IMG/VR virus record: IMGVR_UViG_3300047157_000068 | Location: 32,001 to 96,000 of that record | Length of the DNA stretch: 64,000 bases | Origin: a virus | Direction: 5' to 3' (one strand) | Notes under the pieces: model-generated | Databases searched by the model: none | The model's input: only the letters and a program-made list of their open reading frames with translations | Told to the model about the DNA's origin: nothing | Position numbers and translations under genes: made by a program | Shown here: in pieces, positions 23,905 to 31,701 of the stretch | Layout: each line of letters opens with the position of its first letter | Position numbering within the stretch: the stretch's first letter is position 1

Positions 23905-24828
23905 TTATAAACTCATTATCATATCAACAAAATCAGGATGAGGATAACAATCCATCTTTCCTTTTCTAACATTGGTATGTGTTAACAATCCTTTGACTTT
24001 ACCGTAATATGCATCTTCTTGAAAATCAAATCCTTTTGTTGGACCAAACTTTTTTATGTATTGCTTTAATCCAAGTCTTATGTCTATCTCATCTCTTTCA
24101 GCAACATACTTAATCCACTTTTCAGTTTCTTTAATCTGTTCATCTGAGTAGTTATGCCAATGTAATTTACCTTTAAAATGCTCAGGTAACTCACATACTT
24201 GTTCTTTAATACATTTAGAACCTACATAAGTAGTAAGATCTTTACTATCTAAGTAGCCCATATTACATATTTCTAATCCTACAGAATGACGGTTCATATA
24301 ACCAGATCCTGTTCTACCTAAATGCCAACCCTGACATCCTTCTGGAAATGCCTGAACCATAACACCATTAAATTCATCATCACCATTTCTATGATTAATA
24401 CCACCTAAAACAAATTCAGTAGCAATTCTACCTCTTGAATCTCTTCCCCAGTGATCAATACATCTGTATGGGTTTGGGTTTCCTGCTGTATGATGTAAAA
24501 ATATATAGTGATTTTTTATTGGGCCTTTAATATATTCTCCTTTAGGTAAATAATGTCTGTGGATTACTTGATCAAATCTTGTAGTAAAATACTGTGATGT
24601 TGAATCAGTATCCTCATCTATTGCCTCATCTATAGTATACTCCATGTTAAGTACTAATACCCACATGTCTGCATCAACTACTCCAGTCACCATTAGACCT
24701 TTGTCTAATTGAAATCTTTCTACAGCTTTTTCTGTTAAGGGTCCAAAGACCCCATCTGCGGTAAGTCCTAATGCTGTCTGTAGAGTTTTTACATCAGAAC
24801 CTCTGCTACCTTTCTTAAGCTGTTTCAC
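23905..24828 (-). CDS. Endolysin: peptidoglycan-binding domain plus N-acetylmuramoyl-L-alanine amidase
   Basis: LKKGSRGSDVKTLQ..L...DGVFGP.TE.AV..FQ (PG_binding_1); HHTAG, SVGLEIC and THTNVRKGKMDC amidase_2 Zn motifs. Confidence 0.9.
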   Translation of the reverse strand: MKQLKKGSRGSDVKTLQTALGLTADGVFGPLTEKAVERFQLDKGLMVTGVVDADMWVLVLNMEYTIDEAIDEDTDSTSQYFTTRFDQVIHRHYLPKGEYIKGPIKNHYIFLHHTAGNPNPYRCIDHWGRDSRGRIATEFVLGGINHRNGDDEFNGVMVQAFPEGCQGWHLGRTGSGYMNRHSVGLEICNMGYLDSKDLTTYVGSKCIKEQVCELPEHFKGKLHWHNYSDEQIKETEKWIKYVAERDEIDIRLGLKQYIKKFGPTKGFDFQEDAYYGKVKGLLTHTNVRKGKMDCYPHPDFVDMIMSL

Positions 24829-25126
24829 CTTGCATTGCTTTTACCATTGCTTCTTGAAATGCTTTACCTTCTTCTGTATTAGGATCTGGAGCACCTTCAC
24901 CTTTTTGAGCAGCATACTGTTGAGCCATAAACATTTGAGCTTGCATACGCTCTGCTCTAGCTTTTTCAATAGCAGCTAAAAGTGTTTCATAATCTGCTTG
25001 AACTTCTAAATGAGGAATGTTGTCTTTGTAGAATTGAGTTATCTCTTCTCTACGTGCTGCCATTTCTTCTTTTGACATTTCTGGATTAGTATCCTGAAGA
25101 TTTGGGTTGGTTTTTGAATTTGACAT
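24815..25126 (-). CDS. Hypothetical protein
   Basis: 103-aa ORF preceded by a TACTTTTG box (25153-25160, minus strand). Confidence 0.6.
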   Translation of the reverse strand: MSNSKTNPNLQDTNPEMSKEEMAARREEITQFYKDNIPHLEVQADYETLLAAIEKARAERMQAQMFMAQQYAAQKGEGAPDPNTEEGKAFQEAMVKAMQGETA

Positions 25127-25186
25127 GTTACTGTTTTTAAAGTTAATAAAAACAAAAGTAACAAAAATAGTTTAAATAAAAAAAGT

Positions 25187-25447
25187 TTAGATAGTTATTT
25201 TAGAAACCGTATTACGTCTAAGTACGTCAATTAACATTTTGGCTTCCGAATATTGCCATATTTTGATTGTCATTGCAGGATCTTGAATATACCATCCTCC
25301 ATCTTCTTCAGCTTCATCATTACCTCCAGTATGAAACAGCATGTCTCCAAATTCAATGCTAAAATAATAATATCCTTCTGGCCAATCATCATCTTCATGA
25401 TGACCCATTTTAGTAAATCCTAGTTCTTTCAAATTTGCTGCTGTCAT
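25187..25447 (-). CDS. Hypothetical protein
   Basis: 86-aa ORF in the operon. Confidence 0.55.
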   Translation of the reverse strand: MTAANLKELGFTKMGHHEDDDWPEGYYYFSIEFGDMLFHTGGNDEAEEDGGWYIQDPAMTIKIWQYSEAKMLIDVLRRNTVSKITI

Positions 25448-25450
25448 ATC

Positions 25451-25744
25451 CTACCATTTAACTTTGTCTGCCCAGTAAGCAGCAGACATTTTGCCTTTCT
25501 TTATGTTTTTGCCATGCCTAGCCTTAAAACTTTTACGTTTAGCTTTCATTTTAGCTGACTCACCTGCTTTTGGTTTACCGGCAGTCTTTGCACCCTTTTG
25601 TCCAAAACGTATAGTCTTAATCTTGTCTCCTTCTTTGGCTACAACAATATGAGATTTCTTTGGGTGTCCTGGTGTACGTTTAGGCTTGTTATATCCTGAT
25701 ACACCAGCTTTAGCTAATCTACTATCTTTTTTCTTAACTGCCAT
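25451..25744 (-). CDS. Small Lys-rich basic protein
   Basis: GYNKPKRTPGHPKKSH...IRFGQ...RKSFKARH...SAAYWADKVKW, a family I recognise from marine phages. Confidence 0.65.
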   Translation of the reverse strand: MAVKKKDSRLAKAGVSGYNKPKRTPGHPKKSHIVVAKEGDKIKTIRFGQKGAKTAGKPKAGESAKMKAKRKSFKARHGKNIKKGKMSAAYWADKVKW

Positions 25745-25986
25745 TATCTTTTCTTTCCTTTATGCAAACCATGTTTTGCGTGTTGTTTACCTTTCTTGGT
25801 AGCAGCACGTTTCTTTGCATTAGCTGCAGCCAATTTCTTTTTACCTTTCTTAGTACTCTTAAGTTTAGATATAGTTCTAGAAGGTGCATATACCTCTCCG
25901 GTTTCGGAAGATTTCTTTCCGCTTGCCGTTCTCCATTTCTGCTTAGTCCATCTAGTTAGACTTTTTTGTTGTTTAGTCTTTGCCAT
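25744..25986 (-). CDS. Basic protein, resembling the C-terminal half of DUF5872
   Basis: QQKSLTRWTKQKWRT.SGK.S..TGE.Y.P motif. Confidence 0.55.
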   Translation of the reverse strand: MAKTKQQKSLTRWTKQKWRTASGKKSSETGEVYAPSRTISKLKSTKKGKKKLAAANAKKRAATKKGKQHAKHGLHKGKKR

Positions 25987-26207
25987 TACTTACATCTTGA
26001 TTCTTGTAGCCTAATAATTTCTTTTTCTAATTCTACAATCTTATCTTCCGATTCATTGATCATTTTTATTTTTTTTTCTAGCCTAGATTCTAGTACAATC
26101 ATATCATCTGATAATTGTGCTATTTGGCTATATGCTATACCCATTGTGAATATAATACCTATGATCCAGATTATATTACCAATATTTAGCGTTAGGTCTT
26201 TCATCAT
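25986..26207 (-). CDS. Single-TM coiled-coil membrane protein (holin/spanin-like)
   Basis: Hydrophobic IIWIIGIIFTMGIAY followed by a heptad region. Confidence 0.5.
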   Translation of the reverse strand: MMKDLTLNIGNIIWIIGIIFTMGIAYSQIAQLSDDMIVLESRLEKKIKMINESEDKIVELEKEIIRLQESRCK

Positions 26208-26410
26208 TTCTTGGATTTGTATCCACCTCCGTTAGCTTTGTAACGTTTAGCAAGCATTTGAGCTTTACGTGCAGACCATTGACCCGGTGCACCACCTTTA
26301 CTACCAGCCTTGATAGAATTAAATAATCTTTTACGCATTCCCGGTTTAGTGTAGTTACCACTACTATTTACGGTACTTTTCTTTTTAGTTGTTTTTCTTT
26401 TTAATGCCAT
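26204..26410 (-). CDS. Basic protein, resembling the N-terminal half of DUF5872
   Basis: YTKPGMRKRLF..IKAGSKGG.PGQWSARKAQMLA..YK..GGGY motif. Confidence 0.6.
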   Translation of the reverse strand: MALKRKTTKKKSTVNSSGNYTKPGMRKRLFNSIKAGSKGGAPGQWSARKAQMLAKRYKANGGGYKSKK

Positions 26411-26414
26411 AACT

Positions 26415-26738
26415 TTATGCTTTGTATGTTTCTGGATACGCCTTAAACATTATATCTCTTAATTTTGCACACTTTTCATAGTCTTCTTCTTCTACGAAGT
26501 ACGCTATTATATTTTCTAATTCTTCAAGTTTTGGTCCGTTATCTGGATCATAAGCCATCACTAATTCTTTTCCTTCACTGAATTGACTTGATATAAGTTC
26601 GTCAAAAGTTATTTCTCCGGCCAGCAACATCCAAGCATTATTGTATGCAGTATCTAATATAATAGCATCCATTTGCATTTGTTGTATATCTGACAGTCCA
26701 CCCCCTTCTGTCTTATCATTATCATCCCAGTCTGCCAT
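26415..26738 (-). CDS. Acidic protein with C-terminal UVR (UvrB/UvrC) motif
   Basis: EEEDYEKCAKLRD motif; first gene of the leftward block. Confidence 0.6.
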   Translation of the reverse strand: MADWDDNDKTEGGGLSDIQQMQMDAIILDTAYNNAWMLLAGEITFDELISSQFSEGKELVMAYDPDNGPKLEELENIIAYFVEEEDYEKCAKLRDIMFKAYPETYKA

Positions 26739-26774
26739 ATCATTTTATTTAGTGAGTAACTCTTCTATAAGAAC

Positions 26775-26782
26775 AATATACT
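26775..26782 (-). promoter_or_regulatory. Putative late promoter element (GTATATT)
   Basis: The same element lies upstream of minus-strand genes at 5309, 9160, 10572, 36425 and 63934. Confidence 0.55.
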
Positions 26783-26899
26783 AAATTTAAAAATCCTATG
26801 AAAATTTTTCTAGCACAACATGCCCCCGCCTACTGTAAAATTGTCCCTACGCCCCACCAAAAAATTGTGTGTTTGGCACTTTCAAGAGGTATTACTGTA

Positions 26900-27777
26900 C
26901 TGCTCCCCAACTAAGTTTTGCACCGGTGGTACCCCCTATCAACATTGGCTACTGCTGTGCAACTTGTGTAGAGATACAAAACAAGTGTACTAAAAAATAA
27001 AATGTACACATCTGTATCTCTCACAACGGAGTAGTGTAGTGCTACTGTGTCAACGTAAGTATCTACTGAATATCAGTACATCATTGATTTGTTTGTATTC
27101 ATCAGTAACTATAGTACGTACACACACTCACTACATAAAGGCATTTTCCAATGCCTCTGCTCCCAAACTATATAACGCATAGGTAATTATGCTTAATAAA
27201 CTTTCAGTAAATGTATTACCACATTTATAATCAAAAATTAAATATTAAACATTATGAATTTAGTAACAGTAAGAAAATCAGAAGACGGATTAACAGTAAG
27301 AACATCTAAAAACCCATTATACGGCTTTGTAGTAATGGAACAAAAAGGTGCATTTGCTGTATCAGCAACAGGCTGGGTGGATATAAAGACACCAACGTGT
27401 CTAATCCAAGGTACTATGGAAAACCTTAAAGCAATGGAAGAAACATTGAATAAAGGTTTAGTAGGTAAGATTGTGCATAAGGAAAGCTTAGAGCCTTTCA
27501 ATCTAAAAAATCCTATGAATGATATTAAGTATGCAGGTAAAACAAAGATAGCTTGCTCTGTAAAAGGAAAGCCTATCTATAGAGTATCTACATTTAGTGC
27601 TGATATTAATGCTGTAGATGAATTGATTGCTCATGATAATGGTAAACAAATATCTGAAGCTAACTTAAAAGGTCAGGCTGTAGAGAGTTTAAGTGCTCTT
27701 AAAGCAGAACCTGTAACTGCGTAACTGTAACATTAGGCTGTAGGCGTGCATTTCCATGCACGTCTGCTCCCTAACTA
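26900..27777 (+). repeat. Three copies of CTGCTCCCNAACTA, two of them directly preceded by a TTCC-loop hairpin
   Basis: Copies at 26900-26913, 27157-27170 and 27764-27777; hairpins at 27139-27156 and 27745-27762. Confidence 0.75.
27254..27724 (+). CDS. First early gene; paralog of the 31702 protein (putative ssDNA-binding), lacking the acidic tail
   Basis: Shares SKN.P.YGF, GW, GKIV..ESLEPFN, KYAG.T.I.C...G.PIYR and H.NG..I..AN with 31702..32299. Confidence 0.7.
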   Translation: MNLVTVRKSEDGLTVRTSKNPLYGFVVMEQKGAFAVSATGWVDIKTPTCLIQGTMENLKAMEETLNKGLVGKIVHKESLEPFNLKNPMNDIKYAGKTKIACSVKGKPIYRVSTFSADINAVDELIAHDNGKQISEANLKGQAVESLSALKAEPVTA

Positions 27778-28105
27778 CAGCATGTTAGAACAAAATAGTT
27801 AACATTAACTAACAAAACTAAAAATGTTAGACTATAGTTACAAAACAGTTAGATAAACTTATTTATTGTGGTAATTTTATTTTATTTGTGTGTGTCACTC
27901 TGAATGTGAGGTCTTATACCCACTAAATACCACCTTTTACCACTCTTGTAACTATGAGTGTTACTAATAATATAAATATAGCTAACGTTACTACAAGCGT
28001 AACAATTACACTCAACAATACAACAAGGGTAGTCTTTGTCTCTTCCTCTATAGGATAAGAGCCATATTACCCGCAATATCAATAATCCTTAAATACTAAA
28101 TCATT

Positions 28106-28441
28106 ATGCAAATCAAATCAAAAACTAAATTACCAGAAACTGTAATAACTATCAGGTTAACCTCAGCAAAAGAAATGTATGACTTCAGTGAACTTACACA
28201 TAGCCATACAGAGTATGATACTGATTGGGATGAACTACTGTATACATTGAGTGAGTACAAAGGTATTGATTCACATATATATCTTCAGTATCCATCAGAT
28301 ATGCAACTCAAGAATGGGGATGTAGTTTGCACTATAACTTTGTATTGTAAAGATTATGAGAAACTAGATTATCTTGAGGCAGAGATAACCAAAAGAATAT
28401 CAACTGTATTAACAGTTACTTGGCCTTGGGAAAGGGATAAC
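28106..28441 (+). CDS. Early hypothetical protein (track end 28444)
   Basis: 112-aa ORF with an ACTAAATC leader. Confidence 0.55.
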
Positions 28442-28468
28442 TAAATCATTCACTAAAACTAAATCGTA

Positions 28469-28645
28469 ATGGAAATAGCAAACATAGAAAGAAACTACAA
28501 CAAGCATGAAGATAAATATGAAATCGTTATGTGGGTAAAAGATACCGTAAATCATTCTAGAACACCAATAGTAGTAAAAGATACTACAAACAATAGCCTT
28601 AACTATGCTTATGCAAGTAAGCTATTTAAATCTTGGAATAAATAA
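28469..28645 (+). CDS. Small early protein (58 aa)
   Basis: MEIANIERNYNK...KSWNK*, with an ACTAAATC leader. Confidence 0.55.
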   Translation: MEIANIERNYNKHEDKYEIVMWVKDTVNHSRTPIVVKDTTNNSLNYAYASKLFKSWNK

Positions 28646-28815
28646 TGTTCTTTGAAGATGCACAAGATGCTTGGGATTTATATAGTATAAGTCCTGAGCT
28701 AACATGTACCTGTGATGAAGTACATACATGTCAACAATGCTATGAAGAATGGCAAGAAGAAAAGAAACTTAGACTTCAAAGACTTGAAGATGCTCTGAAA
28801 GAGAGTAAAGAATAA
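28645..28815 (+). CDS. Small Cys-containing early protein (56 aa)
   Basis: TAATG coupling to the previous ORF; CTC....CQQC motif. Confidence 0.5.
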   Translation: MFFEDAQDAWDLYSISPELTCTCDEVHTCQQCYEEWQEEKKLRLQRLEDALKESKE

Positions 28816-29216
28816 TAACTAATAATCCTACCGTATGGATGGAGGTAAATAACGGAGTGAATATCTCTATTAGTTATATCTTTTTAACCCGTGGCAACGG
28901 GAGTGCTGGGTGTCACTTTGTACACCAAGAGGAATAGTTTGTCAGCTTAACCTCGTATACGTTAGGGCCAATGTGCCTGTAAGGTTTGACAACCTGAAAC
29001 CGTGTATTTGACTTGTCTGTTGAATATGTAACAGTCATCGTCAACCGGGTAAACGGTCGTTAAGAGGTAATCAGGCTCTTTATTTTTAACTACACTGATT
29101 GATGACACTAGAGATCAGTATAAATGTATGTGTCAAAAACTTAGAGCAATGAGTCACGCAATACCACTGACTATTCTGTAATAGTGTCAGCCAATAATGG
29201 ATAAGCACTCTAAGTT
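28816..29216 (+). ncRNA. Cluster of structured non-coding elements (unassigned)
   Basis: About 400 nt without a track ORF, locally GC-richer, with many stems; three units end in T-rich TTTTTAA linkers. Confidence 0.45.
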
Positions 29217-29243
29217 ATTTTTAATCACTAATACTAAATCGTT

Positions 29244-29423
29244 ATGAAAAAGAAATTTTGTTACCTTATGCTACTCCTATTCATAGGAGGACCAATACTT
29301 CAATCATGTGGATCATCTCGTGGTTGTAAGAAAATGAGAAAATACCGTAAGAAAAGAAGTAAAACTTCATATGCATATCAAAATGCATTAATCATTAATC
29401 AATTAAATACTAAACTATCATGA
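29244..29423 (+). CDS. Small lipoprotein with a basic tail (59 aa)
   Basis: MKKKFCYLMLLLFIGGPILQSC lipobox followed by a K/R-rich segment. Confidence 0.6.
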   Translation: MKKKFCYLMLLLFIGGPILQSCGSSRGCKKMRKYRKKRSKTSYAYQNALIINQLNTKLS

Positions 29424-29881
29424 AAAATTTAATCTTATCCTTATTTATTGGGCTATCATTTGCTTCTTGTCAGAAAGAAGAACTTGAAATAGTTCAACCA
29501 ATGCCACCAAGTAATACATCGTATGAAATATATGCTATGTCAAGTACTGGTGCAGGTGCATCTTTACTATGGACATACTTTATGTATGAGTCTATTGATA
29601 GTAATGGAGTAACCGCAGCTGATAAACTCGTAGCTAACTATAATGCTTGGCAACTTGTTTGTACTGAATGTGACAATGAGGATGAGTATTATATTTATTC
29701 TATGGACACAAGTCTAGTTAGTAATCCTGACGCAGTTGTAATAAGCTCGTTTAATTACGTAGACTTTGCAACAGTATATTTTAATAATGCTAACTCGCCT
29801 GTTGGTGATGGTAGATTTTATCTCTATCCTCATGACATGTTAGATAGCTACAACAATCTAGATCAAGTAACCTTATATTAA
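29420..29881 (+). CDS. Lipoprotein with a Bacteroidota lipoprotein export signal
   Basis: MKNLILSLFIGLSFAS-C-QKEE signal peptide II plus an LES-like motif. Confidence 0.75.
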   Translation: MKNLILSLFIGLSFASCQKEELEIVQPMPPSNTSYEIYAMSSTGAGASLLWTYFMYESIDSNGVTAADKLVANYNAWQLVCTECDNEDEYYIYSMDTSLVSNPDAVVISSFNYVDFATVYFNNANSPVGDGRFYLYPHDMLDSYNNLDQVTLY

Positions 29882-29900
29882 TCAAATCAATAAAACTATC

Positions 29901-30215
29901 ATGAAACAAATTTCAAAGTATCTAATCAAATTACTTTATGTAATTATCATTCCACTAGCTGTAACCTATGTATTCATAGAAATATTAGCTAGTGATGGCA
30001 CAGTATCAACAGAGAGCTTAGCTCTTATCATGGCATTTTGGGTTATAACATTCTTTAATGCAGTTTTCTGGCTTATAAACATGAAAACAACTCATCTTTT
30101 ACCTAAAATGAAATGTCAGTGGAGAACTGGCTTTGGTATTTATATGAGAAAGGTCAACTTCCACTGGGAGTTAGATTTACCACTATTCACTATAATCTTC
30201 CAAAGAAGAAAATAA
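29901..30215 (+). CDS. Membrane protein (two TM segments)
   Basis: Two hydrophobic segments. Confidence 0.6.
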   Translation: MKQISKYLIKLLYVIIIPLAVTYVFIEILASDGTVSTESLALIMAFWVITFFNAVFWLINMKTTHLLPKMKCQWRTGFGIYMRKVNFHWELDLPLFTIIFQRRK

Positions 30216-30306
30216 AAGGCTCACATATGAACCACTAACAACACCAGTAATTATATCTATATATTAATACTAGTGTTGTTGGCTGTGTTCGCAATCAATA
30301 ATTATT

Positions 30307-30860
30307 ATGCAAAAACAATATAACGTTCAGCAAGAGATACTTAAAGGTATCTTACATAAATTATTTGACGGTAAAGCTGTCAATCAAGTAAAGAATCTAA
30401 GTTTAATAACAGATATTATCTTTAGAGACCTTAAAGAGTCAGCTCTAGAAGCTATTACTCATCTTATGTTAACTGAAAAAACATTTATACCAACAAAATT
30501 GGTGATTATGTCAAAGTAATACCACCTAAGTACCATGAAGGTAGTGAATTTGAGGTAGATGTACTTGAAGACATGGGTTTATTGGGTAAAGGAGATGAAT
30601 ACAGTCCATACTATGTCTATGGTCGTGTTAAAGGAGATACATCATGGGGATCTGATCCTTATGATCCATTTCATAGTACAATAAAAGTTGATCTTATGTA
30701 TCATGATGAAAATAAAGTAATTAAACATGTAGAAGGAACATTTAGTCCTTTACATGCTCTTCATGTACAGAAAAGATTTATACCTTTTTTAAAAGACATT
30801 AATCAAACAGAATTAAAATTTCAAGAAAATGGCACAGATATCAATGGAGTTACTGCATAG
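30307..30860 (+). CDS. Hypothetical protein (frameshifted)
   Basis: ORFs 30307..30519 and 30573..30860 appear to join across an indel near 30495. Confidence 0.5.
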
Positions 30861-31041
30861 TGAGCAAGCATCATGGAGGTTATTAGATAACGCACTCAAA
30901 GATGCTGATGGCAAAAATATATCTTTTGGAAGGTATATGAATGATAAGTATAGTATGAATGATGATGAACTAGCTAAAGAAGAGAGTGAATCAATGGCCA
31001 TGCTTATACTTTTAAAAAGTCATGTCAAAGAAATCAGATAG
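30829..31041 (+). CDS. Hypothetical protein
   Basis: 70-aa ORF overlapping its neighbours. Confidence 0.5.
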   Translation: MAQISMELLHSEQASWRLLDNALKDADGKNISFGRYMNDKYSMNDDELAKEESESMAMLILLKSHVKEIR

Positions 31042-31273
31042 ATTTGGTATAGTTAAGCATGTTGTCTGTACAGATCCTAACTTGTCTATTCAAGCTAAGG
31101 GTCTGTATAGTATTTTATGCTGTTATGCCAATAAAAACAGAATTTGTTGGCCATCAATTAGTACACTTGCAGATGACTCTGGCTCAAGTCAATCATCTGT
31201 TAAAAGATGGATAAAAGAGCTAAAAACACATAAATACATAAAAAGAATAGGTAATAAGTTAACCATATTATGA
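31022..31273 (+). CDS. Stand-alone winged helix-turn-helix protein (HTH_36-like)
   Basis: LSIQAKGLYSIL..YA.....CWPSISTLA...G.S.SSVKRWIKEL....YI pattern. Confidence 0.75.
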   Translation: MSKKSDRFGIVKHVVCTDPNLSIQAKGLYSILCCYANKNRICWPSISTLADDSGSSQSSVKRWIKELKTHKYIKRIGNKLTIL

Positions 31274-31356
31274 TGCGTTAGCTATATTTATGCTTTTTAT
31301 TTTTGAATTAAGTCCAAATTCATTTTATATTTCTGACACAGGTTAAGTTATATTAT

Positions 31357-31364
31357 TATCTTTG
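31357..31364 (+). promoter_or_regulatory. Bacteroidota-type -7 promoter box (TAnnTTTG)
   Basis: TATCTTTG upstream of 31384. The same box occurs at 37167, 41188, 48988 and 63984 (+) and at 25153 and 36423 (-), near gene starts where these are visible. Confidence 0.65.
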
Positions 31365-31383
31365 ATAAACATTAAATAAGATA

Positions 31384-31656
31384 ATGATAATACAACTTCC
31401 TAATGGCAGAATCATAGAATGTTCTTTAGAACAGTACCTCTCACTCTCAGATGAGGAGTACAATGATCTTAATGGCCTTAGTTCAGCATACACAAAGGAA
31501 GTGGTTGATCCATGGTATAATAAGTTTGCAAAAGCAACTGGTAAAGCTGTCTCAGATGAAGCAATAGAGAATATTGAAGAGTATGAGCCTGCACTAGATG
31601 AGATTGAAGCTTATGAAAAACTGGAAGACCCGTATTTTCACTCTGATGATAGTTGA
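31384..31656 (+). CDS. Acidic hypothetical protein
   Basis: 90-aa ORF directly after the promoter box. Confidence 0.6.
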   Translation: MIIQLPNGRIIECSLEQYLSLSDEEYNDLNGLSSAYTKEVVDPWYNKFAKATGKAVSDEAIENIEEYEPALDEIEAYEKLEDPYFHSDDS

Positions 31657-31701
31657 TCATCACACACAATTATTTTATTAATCATTTAAATTTTATTAAA
31701 A

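Noticed and set aside
28950-29170. Pistol ribozyme or c-di-GMP riboswitch, suggested by short matches (GTTAGGGCCA, GTCACGCA)
   Set aside because: The required stems and conserved core residues are absent.
26900-29216. CRISPR or mini-CRISPR array
   Set aside because: The repeats are only 12-16 nt, irregularly spaced, and lack uniform spacers.
27972-31291. Integron attC cassettes or an invertible segment
   Set aside because: GCTAAC/GTTAGC cores exist, but there are no paired attC hairpins around genes and no recombinase in the window. A third copy at 15878 favours a regulatory site.
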